Shown here: piece after piece, positions 10,470 to 21,856 of the stretch
Layout of the letters: every line of letters begins with the position of its first letter
How positions within the stretch are numbered: position 1 is the first letter of the stretch
Origin: Schizochytrium sp. TIO01
Taxonomy: Eukaryota; Protista; Bigyra: Labyrinthulomycetes
Reading direction: 5' to 3'
Assembly (NCBI GenBank): GCA_004764695.1
Contig: SMSO01000014.1
Coordinates: 6,066,029-6,130,028 of the forward strand
Length of the DNA stretch: 64,000 bases
The notes under the pieces: model-generated
The model's database searches: none
The model's input: the letters and a program-made list of their open reading frames with translations, nothing else
Told to the model about the DNA's origin: nothing
Made by a program: the position numbers and the translations under genes

Positions 10470-12951
10470 ATGGATCTTTATGCACTCAGAAAAAAATTAG
10501 CGCCTGGCGAGGAGCAACAACTACGAATTGTAAAGTAAGTATATGCGAACAGGTGATGAAAGCCATAGCCATCGACCTCAACGAAGGTACTAACTTCAAA
10601 AACGTTCGTGGGATACCTTCTCATCACTTAAACTAAATAGCCTTATGGGATATGACCTTGATGCAAATGCTCTCATGGTGTTATCACAAGCTCTCATGTC
10701 AAACTCTATAGTCGAGGAGCTCACGTAAGTTGCTCATGCATGTTACACCACCAATCTGGGCATTCCAACATCACAAGAATAAGGAACGTAAGTGTAAAAC
10801 AAGCGTACTTACTAACTCAACGCTTTCGCTTTGTTGACACGTGGGCAGCCTTGATATTCCAATTGTGACGAAGGAGAACGCCAAGTATCTGGCAGAGCTC
10901 TTGGATGCGCATGCTACAATTCGTGCGTTTCGGTGAGTTTGTTTAGACGTAGTAGGGATAAATATTTGTGGCGAAGAAGCTAACGATTTGGAAAGACTTG
11001 CAGACTTCGGAAATCAGAATTTGAAGAAGGAGCTATGGCAATTCTCGTTGCCAATTTCGGCAATTATGATAAGTTGCAGACCATCAGGTATGTATACAGT
11101 GTTTAGAATTCATTAAAGCTTTTCTTGTACTCACTGACGTTGTCTCGCTTATGTCTATTCCTGCAGTTTCTCTGGGTGTGAAATTGAAAATATTGCTGTC
11201 GAGCTATTAAGTCAAGCTATGATTAAATTACCGGATTTAACAAACCTTGTGTAAGTGCTTTATGAAACAATATTGATTCACAATTGATTGATCTAACGCA
11301 ACATTGTTTGTTCCTAAGAACAGGCTTTATGAAAATAAAATAAGTCATAATGGTTCCCATGCCCTTGGTATGATATTATCGAAAGCACCCAATCTTCGAA
11401 TCCTCGAGTAAGTTGTTCGTTTGCGCACTTATTTGGCACAGGTATCAGAGAAAATTGAGTCTGAAATATTTATTGGTCCATTTTCCTATTGTTAATTTTT
11501 TGCGCAACTTCAGAATGAAGGCATATCAGCTAACCTTTGCTTTTCTATTGTTGATTATGAAATTTCAAAAACAGTCTTGAGAATAATTATGTGGGAGCAA
11601 AAGGATTTGCGCAAGTTGCTGAAGGTCTTAAATACACTCGCTCTCTCTTATTGCTCAAGTAGGTTTTATTGCAGCATCTTTGACCCATGGCAGAAATAGT
11701 TTGTTAACTTTCTTCGTCTTTTAAACAGTCTTGAGAAAAATGGTCTTGATGATGGTGCTCTGGCAAGTCTAATCAATGCCGTGAAGCAATGCTCTTTGGA
11801 TAAACTATACGTGAAGTAAGTGTATTTTCTATGCCGCATACCCAGCTTGTTATAAATATTGATGTTAAAACTAACGCCATACTTCAAATAATAATTATTA
11901 TCGTACAGTTTACAAGACAACCAAATCAGTGACATTGGGGCAAAAGAGTTCGCAGAATTCCTATCACTTAATAGAGTTATCACACGAATCAAGTAAGTTC
12001 CAAGATAGAGTTGATGTTCAGTGGACATTGCTATAACGCAACTTTGTTCTCTAAAGAGGGTTTGTTTTCCCACTCACAAAACCTATATAAATCAGTTTTG
12101 CGTTCAACAAAATTACAGGTGAAGGGCTTGAGGCCATTGCTGAAAATCTCCTTAAAAACAATATACTGCGACGTATTAGGTAGGTATTTCGTGGTCTGGT
12201 ACAGATGTTTAAAGTCTACACAAAAACTAACTACTGTTGAGATTGAGAAACTGATTCAGTTTTGAGAGCAATCTGATCGATGATAGAGGTGCTTTGGCGA
12301 TGGCTAAGACATTGGCCATACACAAATATATTGCACGGGTAAAGTAAGTAGAGGAGGGAGTTTGTTTGGTGCGTCTAGTATAGCTAACAAGAGTTGCAAC
12401 ATTCAGTATGCAAGGCAATAAATTAATTACACAAGATGGCATGCAAGCCCTATGTGGGGCCCTGGAGCAAAACCGATCTTTAATTTTCTTCAAGTAAGTT
12501 CTTTCACATAGCAAAACCCAAAAGGGGGCTGGCGTTGTACTAACAAAATTGATTGTAAAGATTTCCTCACTCAGGAACTGCCGAAGGACAACGCATGTTT
12601 GTGCAAATTGAACTAAATGTATCCTTATCAAAGTTGCACATTCAATTTGATATCTTAAAGCACCTATATCAGGAGCTTATTTTTGCGAGGATTATTTGCC
12701 GACGAATTGGGCTTCCTGTATATAACAAAAGACCGCATCACTGCGTCAGTGACTCGGGCTACTTGCTATTAGAAAATAGAGAATTCAGCTCTGACAAACA
12801 TCGAGGCTTAGCCGTTCTGGAACACAGGCTTCAGAATACCCATCGAGATGTGTTAGAACTGTCGGTTGCCATGCCTCTCCTGGCTCCTTTCTTAATGTTA
12901 CGCCAAGATCAGCTTCTCCAGGTAGTGACGTCTAGATTTCGAGCTGTATAA
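10470..12951 (+). CDS. RI-like leucine-rich repeat protein, paralog B; 13 exons, about 11 LRRs plus a C-terminal domain
   Basis: Hand-spliced: join(10470..10534,10641..10724,10849..10932,11004..11087,11167..11250,11324..11407,11575..11658,11729..11815,11909..11992,12096..12179,12260..12343,12407..12493,12561..12951). All introns are phase 2 and internal exons are 84 or 87 nt. Confidence 0.88.
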
Positions 12952-13534
12952 TTTATAAATTGATCAAGGCTCCAATCCTTTTTTATAACATATGTTACAT
13001 ATATTTTTACGATAAGTCAGTGAGCCATCGTTCCTACGTTGTATTTCCTGGGAATTAGAATTCCTTCAACGGAGGTTATCAAATGCTGTCCAATAGGGCT
13101 CAAATGTTCGGATTGCATCCGTGTATGTGTTCATTGTAAATGTGTTCAGGATCCCTTAGATGAAATCCAAAAATAACATAAATTTAGTAGCATACGTAGC
13201 ATTAGGTACAGAAAGCGTACGTTTCTTCTATGTTAGGTTTTCCCGTAATAGCGGTTCATACGATTAACTTCGTTACCCAAATATCTAAGCACTAACACTT
13301 CAAAGATGTCTCGATGTCAACTCTTGCATTCAATTTTGAAGAAAAACCGCGTTTAAATTTTGTCCTGGCCTGCATGTTTTGTGTATCGGTGTGTGTGGGG
13401 GGGGGGGTTAACAAAAACAAGGATTATCTAAATCTGAAGTAAAGTTACATCGATGTAAAGGGTCGGTTGTGTATCATTCAAAATATAGTTATCATGATGT
13501 AATCCAAATATTTCCCAATTCCGAATTTATCCAT

Positions 13535-16324
13535 TTATTCATTGATAGCAGGCGGAGTTGAAGATTGGTGCATTTGCCGGAAACGATGGCAGTAGTGGGC
13601 AAGCCTGGGTGAGTTAGTATCCTGGGCAAATTCATCGATATAATTTACCGACTCTTGGTCAATGTTTTCAATAATCATGGCTTCGCATACGCGTGCTAAA
13701 TCGTCAACTCCAAAGCAGCGCGCGCTAGCCAAAACTGACATGACGGTTTCTGGCTGGCAAATAGAGCGGTCTCCACAGTATACCCAATAAAGCAATGTTG
13801 AAAGTCCCCGAGGAGTCAGGTTGTGAAGCATGATACGAGCCTCCTTGTCTTGGGCATCTCTACTTTCCCTGAATTGGCCTGTGAGAAGTTTCTCAAAGAA
13901 GGGGTATCGGCAGAGAATATCCATGTTTGCACTACTTGCTAGGCCTGCAGAGGAGATGGTCTCCTGATCGTCTTCATCTGGATCAACTGCTCCTAGAAAA
14001 ATATTATGATCATGCGTATCAACAACTGCCCGACGCATGTCATTTGCAAAAGTTGACACAGGAAGCACAGGAGGCTCGCCAACAGACGACACTGAACCTT
14101 CTTCATTGACAATCATTCTCAGGGTACGTTGATGACGTGCAAGCTTGCAGAGGCCTTGCAGATGTTCCAGCTCTAGGAGCTCAGCAACTTGCTGTAAGTC
14201 AATCAGCCTGTGCGGTGGACATGAACGAAGATGATCAGTATACAAATACTCGACAAGAGCTCGGAGAACAAGGGGAGCGAGAACGAAGGATAGATGGACC
14301 TCTTCAGCAAAAGGTGAACCTGCGGGCATAGACTCAATGGAATCTCGTAGCTTTGGACAACGAGCAAAGAGCACAAAACGGTGAGCTGCTACAGTATATT
14401 TTCGCTCTTGATCGGATTCGGATTCCTTCGCCTGCGTTGCGGAAAGCTTTGAGCGAATCCGAATGTCAAAGTGATTTTCGTGGTCAGCTCTCAAGCCATG
14501 TCCAACCGAGGGAAGTGCGACTGTGTCCGAGGATTTTTCATTTACGGGCAAAAGTGGCGCGTATGACAGCGCAAATTGGCTACCCTGTTGTTCAACAGCT
14601 ACCAACACATGGTTCGGGCCAGCTGTAACATGGGTTACCCGCATACCTGCAATGGCTTCAATAACACGCGGTTGCGTATAGCGAGCACCGGGTCCATGGC
14701 CAAGAACTCCGGAACCATTCCAACCCCAGGACCACACAAGACCACTTTCATCGACAGCGAGACTGTAACGTGCAGCACTTGCAATAAACTTCACAGGAAC
14801 TTGCACAAGGGTATCAAGAGAGGTGGGGTCTATCTCGGGGTCAGCATCCAAAGCTAAGGTAGCTGGGCTACAAAACGGCTGGACAGGTCGAGGCTCATAA
14901 AAATGGCGCATCAAATGAGCATATTGCAAATCTCGACCTTCTTTGTTACTTCCACCATGCTGCCCATACTCTGCATGACCCCAAGAGTAAATTTCACCAG
15001 TAGAAGTCAGACACGTCGAGTGATACTCTCCAGCCGTGACCTGCACCACACGCACATTGTTCTGCGCCAGACGCTCAAGACGATTCGGAACCAATCGCTC
15101 GACAGTTGTCGCGCCAAGACCCAGTTGGCCGAACGTATTTACTCCAAACGCCCATATTTCACCAGAGAGCGTTAGAGCTAATGTGTGAGAGCTGCCACAA
15201 ACGACATCTGAGACCCTGATTGTAGATAAACTACCTATAACAGGGCCAAATTCTGCACGACTAAAACGATGGCCAGTGCCAAGTTGCCCTCTGTCATTGT
15301 ATCCCTTTGTTAAAATCTCTCCATGGATGGAGAGTGCTACAACGTGTGCAGCACCTAAGCTAACCTTTGCAACTTTAATATTTTTCAGGCTCTCTGCTAG
15401 CTGAGGAACTGCTACAACGCGTCGACGCGAGCGCAGATTCACCACACCCTCCTTTTGCGCAAGCTGCTGGGCAGGAGCAAGTTCTTTTTCACGTGCTTGA
15501 TGACGAGCCTCAACTGCGCGCTCCTCTTCGTTAAGCTCTTCGTACTTTTGCGCATGGAATGCTCGGCTTTCACGCTCAAACTCTGCATCCGAATCGCCAA
15601 TTGAGGAGGAGGCAGAGGCTCCAGTAGTGCCTGCGCTTGCTGAGGAGGCTGGGACCGTGGCGCCATCTTCTGCTTCCTCAGGTCGGACACCAGACTGAGA
15701 ACTTAGGTAGCGAATTGTCGATTCTTTCACGAGACGAATAATCCGCTCTGAGTGGTAACGATTAGGCTGCAAACCGTGAAGCTCGATGGTTGAAGCGCCG
15801 GAATCCTCGTGTGGAGGGCAGTAGTGCACAAGGCCCCATTCGAAGAGCTCTCCGTCCTCTGTGACTGCAGCTGCAGCAGTGTGCCCTGCCGCAACATGCA
15901 CAACACGACGTGCTGTGAGATCACCCCCAACAAGACCGGGTCCACCATCAGAGGTTGTTTTGCGTCCAAGCTGGCCTTGATTATTTACACCAAAACTATG
16001 TAAATTGCCAAATTCGTCCAGGACCAAAGAGAACCGCTCGCCTGCAGCAACCTGCACGACACCTTGGGCTTCAAAGGGCTCAATAATCCTAGGTTCACGC
16101 TCTTCGGGCTCTCGAGTCGGAATGCCAAGTTCGCGATTCACGTTTCTACCCCAGCCAACCAGCGTACCAGGCTCATTACTTTTAGAGCGTCGGACAACCG
16201 TAGACAAATCTTTCTGGCCCAAATCTACTTGTGCCTCTTTCTCGCTGCTAAGGTTATCATCCTCTGGCAAAGCTATAGCATTGATGCTTTCGTTTTCCTT
16301 GGCCGTCGCACTCATCTCTACCAT
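13535..16324 (-). CDS. RCC1-repeat and tandem BTB/POZ domain protein (RCBTB/IBTK-like architecture; putative Cullin-3 adaptor)
   Basis: RCC1 repeats (VAAGERFSLVL..GVNNQGQLG, VVCGSSHTLAL..GVNTFGQLG, VTAGEYHS..WGHAEYGQHG). BTB motifs AHRFVLFARCPKL..LRALVEYLYTD and ILCRYPFFEKLLTGQFRES..LLYWVYCG. First ATG is at 16324. Confidence 0.9.
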   Translation of the reverse strand: MVEMSATAKENESINAIALPEDDNLSSEKEAQVDLGQKDLSTVVRRSKSNEPGTLVGWGRNVNRELGIPTREPEEREPRIIEPFEAQGVVQVAAGERFSLVLDEFGNLHSFGVNNQGQLGRKTTSDGGPGLVGGDLTARRVVHVAAGHTAAAAVTEDGELFEWGLVHYCPPHEDSGASTIELHGLQPNRYHSERIIRLVKESTIRYLSSQSGVRPEEAEDGATVPASSASAGTTGASASSSIGDSDAEFERESRAFHAQKYEELNEEERAVEARHQAREKELAPAQQLAQKEGVVNLRSRRRVVAVPQLAESLKNIKVAKVSLGAAHVVALSIHGEILTKGYNDRGQLGTGHRFSRAEFGPVIGSLSTIRVSDVVCGSSHTLALTLSGEIWAFGVNTFGQLGLGATTVERLVPNRLERLAQNNVRVVQVTAGEYHSTCLTSTGEIYSWGHAEYGQHGGSNKEGRDLQYAHLMRHFYEPRPVQPFCSPATLALDADPEIDPTSLDTLVQVPVKFIASAARYSLAVDESGLVWSWGWNGSGVLGHGPGARYTQPRVIEAIAGMRVTHVTAGPNHVLVAVEQQGSQFALSYAPLLPVNEKSSDTVALPSVGHGLRADHENHFDIRIRSKLSATQAKESESDQERKYTVAAHRFVLFARCPKLRDSIESMPAGSPFAEEVHLSFVLAPLVLRALVEYLYTDHLRSCPPHRLIDLQQVAELLELEHLQGLCKLARHQRTLRMIVNEEGSVSSVGEPPVLPVSTFANDMRRAVVDTHDHNIFLGAVDPDEDDQETISSAGLASSANMDILCRYPFFEKLLTGQFRESRDAQDKEARIMLHNLTPRGLSTLLYWVYCGDRSICQPETVMSVLASARCFGVDDLARVCEAMIIENIDQESVNYIDEFAQDTNSPRLAHYCHRFRQMHQSSTPPAINE

Positions 16325-18444
16325 GTTGTTTATCTGCGCCAATGCAATGTGTCAACTTCGATAGACCTTAGCTTTTTCGTCGAACTGTATTTTGTTTCTG
16401 TTGTGCAAAGTTTAGCTCAAGTTTTTGACCCGAGTCCAACTTTTAGATGCTTGCTGTGTCCTTATACGTCTGTTCTTCAGAAGCAAAGAAGATCCAAAGG
16501 TGCACTGATTGTTTGAGGAGACTTTCCTCAACGAGCAGGCTGTGTACACTGCCACACGAAAGCTCTACTACCTAGGTACCCTCCTGAGGATTCCACTAAT
16601 TCAACTTATGCACACCTCACTCGAACTCGGCAGCTTACGCTGCCTCACAAATCGCAGTAGCTTGAAAAGACACCTCTCCTACTCTTGAGTAGTGCAACTC
16701 TCGTGGATGTTCTTCTGTCTTTGATTTCACAGAGGCCACTCCACAGAGGTTTTGGGTTTGCACGAGGTACCTCGTAGAGCAGAGGACACATGTTCAATTT
16801 TCCAGTTTTGAAATGAAATGAAATTAAAAAAAAAAAAATCTTCACTAGAGTATACTTAGTATATTACTATGTATTGAGAGATACTCATTATTTTTCGCGC
16901 ACACACCCGGTTCTGTAAATGTTCCATTACCTTTTGGCGCAAGGACCGACTGTTTTCACTGTCATTGTATATGGGCGCTGACGTCTACAAAACGATCTAA
17001 TATGACACACAAGGATCTCTCCGGCTCTGCAATAAAGACCAATGTTTAAGCAAATGCTCAAAGTCGTTATTTCCTTGCTCCTTTTTCTTTGCTTTTTTGA
17101 TCTTGCACAAACAAACAAAAAATAGTGGCCTGGCAGCGCAATCAGAAAGAATTGAATTAGCTCTCCAAAAACAAACAGTTTAAGGACAAATTAGCATTTC
17201 GAAATTAAAAATTAACCAGATCTAATCAAGCAGAATCTCCCTTTGGTTTCCACTTTCTGAGTGTCTCTTTACTAATTATTAAGCATACGGTCTATGTCCA
17301 AAATACTTCATTATAGTGTGGCTTTTCAAAAACAAACAATCAGCAACCTCACTTTATCGACATAATTAATATCTCAATAACCTCTAGTGATGTATGTGAG
17401 TAGATTAGTTTAGATAGTAGCTTTGCATGCCTGCACGCGTATTGTGAACTAGATGCATACCACTTTTGCAGTTTGTTTGTTGATATGGAAGCTACTTACA
17501 CTTCTTTCTGGATCAAATCTACAAAATCAGCCATGTATTATTGAATAATAGAAACCCAGTTTATGTTCATTTTGTTGTATTAATTATGAAATTGCGATAA
17601 ACCGTTAAGGTAACTTCAGCAGCCAATGATTTGTGAACTGATGGTGCTAAAATTGACAGTAGGTCGGGAAATCGTGCATCTTATGAATAACGTGTTACAT
17701 CAAATCACACTGCTTCGAGTACGTATCTAGAGCCCAGAAAATACTACACGAAGCATACAAAAGGGTCTTCCTCAAAATTCTAAGTTTCACCCTGGAAAAG
17801 AGCGCAAAAACAACGCTCCAAAATAATTCCACAATCTCTGAAATACGCCCCCATTCTGCTCTCAATTATGCAGTGCTGTCTTAAACTTCACGGTTTGTTT
17901 TTGCTTCTAAGCACTTCGTTCTACACGAGTACAGAGTCTTGCCCACAATTAAACAATGTACAAGATCCATGTTTGCATTCGGTCTTTTTCAGACACTTAT
18001 AAGAATCAGTACTAAGTTCAGTACTCAAATTCAGTTTCTTGTCAAACCCTTGAGTTTTCCATGATTCTGTGAGACAATTTTTTACATACCACTAGTTTAA
18101 TCAGGCTACTGGTTACATGATTTACCAAAAGGTTAAGGAGATCTTTTTAAGTTTGTTCGTTCATGTATATATTGACTGCTTAAAGATACGTATGAAGGCG
18201 GGGAATATATTTCACGTTGAAAGCTTTCTGTAAAACATGTGCATCTGAGCCAGGAATCGAGGTGTTCTAGCACATGGGTTAAAAACATAAACAAGATTTG
18301 CATCAAAGACGGATAATTCATTGTAAAAGGGCTTCGTTTTGGTTGTTCAATAGGTAGGCATCGTTATCATTGATTGTATATTCGCAGCGAGATCTAGTTC
18401 GTGTCATTCGTGTGATCGAACAGGGTTTATACTTACTTACTTAC

Positions 18445-20250
18445 TTATTTGGCCTTTTTGGACGGGGGAGGGGGCGGAGGCGGCCTTGGCGGAGGCGGGG
18501 GCGGGGCGCCAGGCGGTCTGGGTGGCATGGGTGGCATGGGAGGCCTTGCCTGGGGTTGTCCTTGTTGATCTTGCTGGCCAGGCCAGCTCGGAGGCATTCC
18601 ATAAGGCATACCAGGAGGCATGGGCATAGGCGGCGGGAATGGCATACCTTGCGGTGGCATTGTCATGTTCATTCCAGGAGGCATTGGCATGGGCGGTGGA
18701 GGTGCCGCCGGGCCTGTTTGGTGCTGATACTGCTGTTGTTGTTGAGGCGGTGCCACATATTGGTGCGACGATTGTGAAACAGGTAAAGACGAAGTAGAGA
18801 CAGCGTCTAATAGCGGTCCTCCAGATGCTGGAGCTGAGACAGGGGCAGGAGCAGAAACAGAATACTCGGAAGGAGGCGGCGCGGATGACGTTGGAGCAGG
18901 AGGAGGTGTTGGAGCTGAAGGAGCAGCAGGCTTATTGCTGCTAACCTTGACACCAAGGTCCTCCATGAACTCATCAAAGCCTTCCTCGATACGAGCACGC
19001 TCGTCGTCCTTGTCTTCGCCTTCATCGTGCATGTTGCGACGAGGACAATCGCTGGTCGGATGGGAAGCATCTCCACAAATTGCACAGCGAATCGTGGAAC
19101 GTGAGGCACCGCTCTCGGCTGCAGCCTTGGGACATTCCCAGTGACGATGACCTGGCAGTCCGCAATTTGTGCAATGCTGCGTCTCGCGGAGGGTACCGTT
19201 GATCATGGCAAGTTCACGAAGCTGATTTTGTTTGTGCGTATTGATACTATCGTCAAGTGGGCGCAAAAGATCCTCAACCATCTCGACAGCCTTGTCAACC
19301 TTATCAGCATCAAAACTTTGAATAAGCACATGAAGGTCATCGTTAAGGTCATCCTGATCGCGGCGATCCCGACGACCGCGGCCCTCCTTGACACTTCCTT
19401 TACCCCGAATGCATACCTTGGCGCCAGACTCTGATTCGAGACGCTTCTGGGTGTTGCCACGAGGGCCGAGAATGAGGCCGATGAAATTATAGTTGGGAAA
19501 GTCCTTGACAGGAACATAAACCTTGCGTTTGATCATCTGCTGCCGCACTCCAGATTGACGGGCAGTTGATGGGTTCAACGATACAAGCTCACCCTGAAGC
19601 TTAATCCGTTCGTTTTCGAGCTTTGCACGCATACGAGCCTCGCGGGTGTTAGTGCGTTTACCACTGCGGTCATATTGGGGTTCCGGTGACGGGCTACGAT
19701 TCGGGTTTTGCTCTTCCCGACGAGCATCTTCTGCGACAGTTTGAAGCCTCCTCATGACTGAGTCAATCTGGAGTCTCAACAGCATGGATTTCTCCTCGCG
19801 CAGTGTTGCCCCGGTGTTTTCTTTGGGTGGTCCCCACCTCGTGCGTCTTTTGCGCCCTCCCGTTGAATCTGCAGCTCGCGATGAAGAAGAAGAGGATGAT
19901 GCAGCATGCTGATGACTATTCGTACCATCGTCGTTTTCATCATCTTCAGCATCACCCCAGCGATTACGTTTGCGGGCTTCTTGGCTGGCCTTTGAGTTAT
20001 CATTGTGATCATCTCTGTGACCGATTTCGCTAACGTGACTATTCCCAGCGCGCTCAAAGGCCTTCCGGACCTTGCTAAAGTGCTCCCAGTCAGCAAGCTC
20101 TCTTGAGATAATGGGAAAATCTCCGCATTCGTTCTTCAGTGATGCAGCCTCGCCCTCATGTGCGTTATACCATTTCTTCAAAGGCACAAAAATCTGCCTC
20201 GCCAGAGCTTCGCGCTCCGCGGCTTCTTCTCTGCGACTTTGCTCATCCAT
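18445..20250 (-). CDS. SF1: Splicing factor 1 / branch-point binding protein
   Basis: ULM motifs RKRNRW and RKRRTRW, RSPSPEPQYD..GKRTNTRE, KH-QUA2 (YNFIGLILGPRGNTQKRLESESGAKVCIRGKGS...KQNQLRELAMINGTLR), two CCHC knuckles and a Pro-rich tail. Confidence 0.96.
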   Translation of the reverse strand: MDEQSRREEAAEREALARQIFVPLKKWYNAHEGEAASLKNECGDFPIISRELADWEHFSKVRKAFERAGNSHVSEIGHRDDHNDNSKASQEARKRNRWGDAEDDENDDGTNSHQHAASSSSSSSRAADSTGGRKRRTRWGPPKENTGATLREEKSMLLRLQIDSVMRRLQTVAEDARREEQNPNRSPSPEPQYDRSGKRTNTREARMRAKLENERIKLQGELVSLNPSTARQSGVRQQMIKRKVYVPVKDFPNYNFIGLILGPRGNTQKRLESESGAKVCIRGKGSVKEGRGRRDRRDQDDLNDDLHVLIQSFDADKVDKAVEMVEDLLRPLDDSINTHKQNQLRELAMINGTLRETQHCTNCGLPGHRHWECPKAAAESGASRSTIRCAICGDASHPTSDCPRRNMHDEGEDKDDERARIEEGFDEFMEDLGVKVSSNKPAAPSAPTPPPAPTSSAPPPSEYSVSAPAPVSAPASGGPLLDAVSTSSLPVSQSSHQYVAPPQQQQQYQHQTGPAAPPPPMPMPPGMNMTMPPQGMPFPPPMPMPPGMPYGMPPSWPGQQDQQGQPQARPPMPPMPPRPPGAPPPPPPRPPPPPPPSKKAK

Positions 20251-21133
20251 CTTATGTTGCTAGCAAGCTAAATTCAATCTTGACCCTTCTCTTGGGTATC
20301 AAGAGTAAAATGCTATCGTTTGATATATATTATAAGATCACACGGATACGAAGTTAACCTCAATCTTGCTGCTAACTTCGATAGTTAATCCCAAAACTAG
20401 AGCCAAAAAAGACCAATTCCTATGAGCCTCCAATCTTTATCGATATGAAACTTCTCGAATTGCAGCACGTGTTAACGCCCGCTCTCACCAGAAAGCCAAT
20501 ACCGGTTTTATGTGGCTGGTGATTGGCCGTAGCGGCCTTGAATGTCGCTCGGGATACCTCCTCGACCGTGACAAAGTTGGCCGTAGGCACCCCCCAGTGC
20601 CTTTCCTGCTGCAAGAGCCCTGCCTTAGCAGAAGCAGAAGACGTAGCGCGGGCCTGGCCCGCAAGCTTTTCGCAGCACCCGCGGCGCTGTGCAATAGCGG
20701 TCTACCGCTGCTCAAATAAACTGTAGGTAAATCAAATGAATGAATCGATCAGAAAAATTAATACTTTAAAAAATTAAATCCAAACTAAACAGTAAATGAA
20801 TGAATGAATGGAGAGGTTGGAAACTCTCTAATACTCCATTCTAATGCTCTGTATATACTACTTTCAATGGGATGATAGTTGACTTGTTCCAATAACACCC
20901 TGCGACTTCTTGTTCTGTTCTTTTATAGAAGTATGTTCTTCGATTTCGCTCACAACAGTACGCTACCAAGCGTGTTGCTGCTCTTGGCCAACAAGGCCGC
21001 CGGCATACCTCAAAGCAAGTGCGGTGCGGAAACGGTTTCGCTCACGCAAGTGGCGATCATTATCTAGTCAGCGTGCGAGCTCGCTTTCTAGCCAGACTTT
21101 GCGTGACTTTGCTAAGCTCTGGGCGTCTTCATC
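20251..21133. promoter_or_regulatory. Probable bidirectional promoter between SF1 and CWC15
   Basis: 883-nt interval between two divergent ATGs, with a GC-rich core at about 20480-20715 and opposed CCAAT boxes (AGCCAAT about 20494, GATTGGC 20521). Confidence 0.45.
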
Positions 21134-21856
21134 ATGGCGCACTCGCACTTGGCGACATGGAAACCTGCACTGGCGACTGGAGATACCACTGATAAGGGCA
21201 ATTATCGTACGGGGGGTCTCGGAAGTATTCAGCGCAGCCGCAAGGATGCAACAGGCTTCACAAAGATCAAGCTCCGTACTGACCTTGGCACTGCAGAGAC
21301 CGCTGATGACCTCGACCGTCGCGAGCAACTTGAGGCAGGTCACCTTGAAGATGGCAACTTCGGAAGCACAACCGATACTCAAAACAAAGTCCTAATTGAG
21401 GACACTCTTGAACAAGATGTCAGCCAATCGGACTCCCCTGTGAAGATCATACCAAAATCTTTGGAGGACGATGAGGATGCAGAGCTGGCAAAGTATGATG
21501 ACAAGGATGATGATGTGTCTGAAGAATCTGATGACGATGATTCCGATGATTCCGATGATGACTCTGACGACGAGGCTGCTCTTGCCAGGGAACTTGCTAT
21601 TCTCCGGAAGGAGCCCAAGGATAAGGAACAACGAGAACAGGCAGAGCTTGAGGAGCTCGAAGCCAAGCTGCGTAAGCAAGAGGCCATGCTTGAGACTGCG
21701 TCCACAGCAACAGGAGCAACTATTAAGCGCCGGTGGGATGCTGATGTAGTTTTCCAAAACCAGGCGCGTAACGAGCCAGCTCCTAAGAAGCGTTTTATTA
21801 ACGATACACTCCGAAGTGATTTCCAACGCAAGTTTCTGAAGAAGTACATCCCGTAA
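21134..21856 (+). CDS. CWC15: Spliceosome-associated protein Cwc15/Cwf15
   Basis: N-terminal TWKPA...TKIKLR, an acidic middle with EAALARELAILRKE, and the conserved C-terminus KRRWDADVVFQNQAR..KKRFINDTLRSDFQRKFLKKYI. Confidence 0.93.
   Translation: MAHSHLATWKPALATGDTTDKGNYRTGGLGSIQRSRKDATGFTKIKLRTDLGTAETADDLDRREQLEAGHLEDGNFGSTTDTQNKVLIEDTLEQDVSQSDSPVKIIPKSLEDDEDAELAKYDDKDDDVSEESDDDDSDDSDDDSDDEAALARELAILRKEPKDKEQREQAELEELEAKLRKQEAMLETASTATGATIKRRWDADVVFQNQARNEPAPKKRFINDTLRSDFQRKFLKKYIP

Noticed and set aside
7173-12951. Regular periodicity resembling a CRISPR or tandem DNA array
   Set aside because: No identical direct repeats; the period is explained by exon-intron units of the LRR genes.
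13391-13408. GT repeat plus G-run as a G-quadruplex or telomeric seed
   Set aside because: A single short homopolymer with no telomere-like repeat context.
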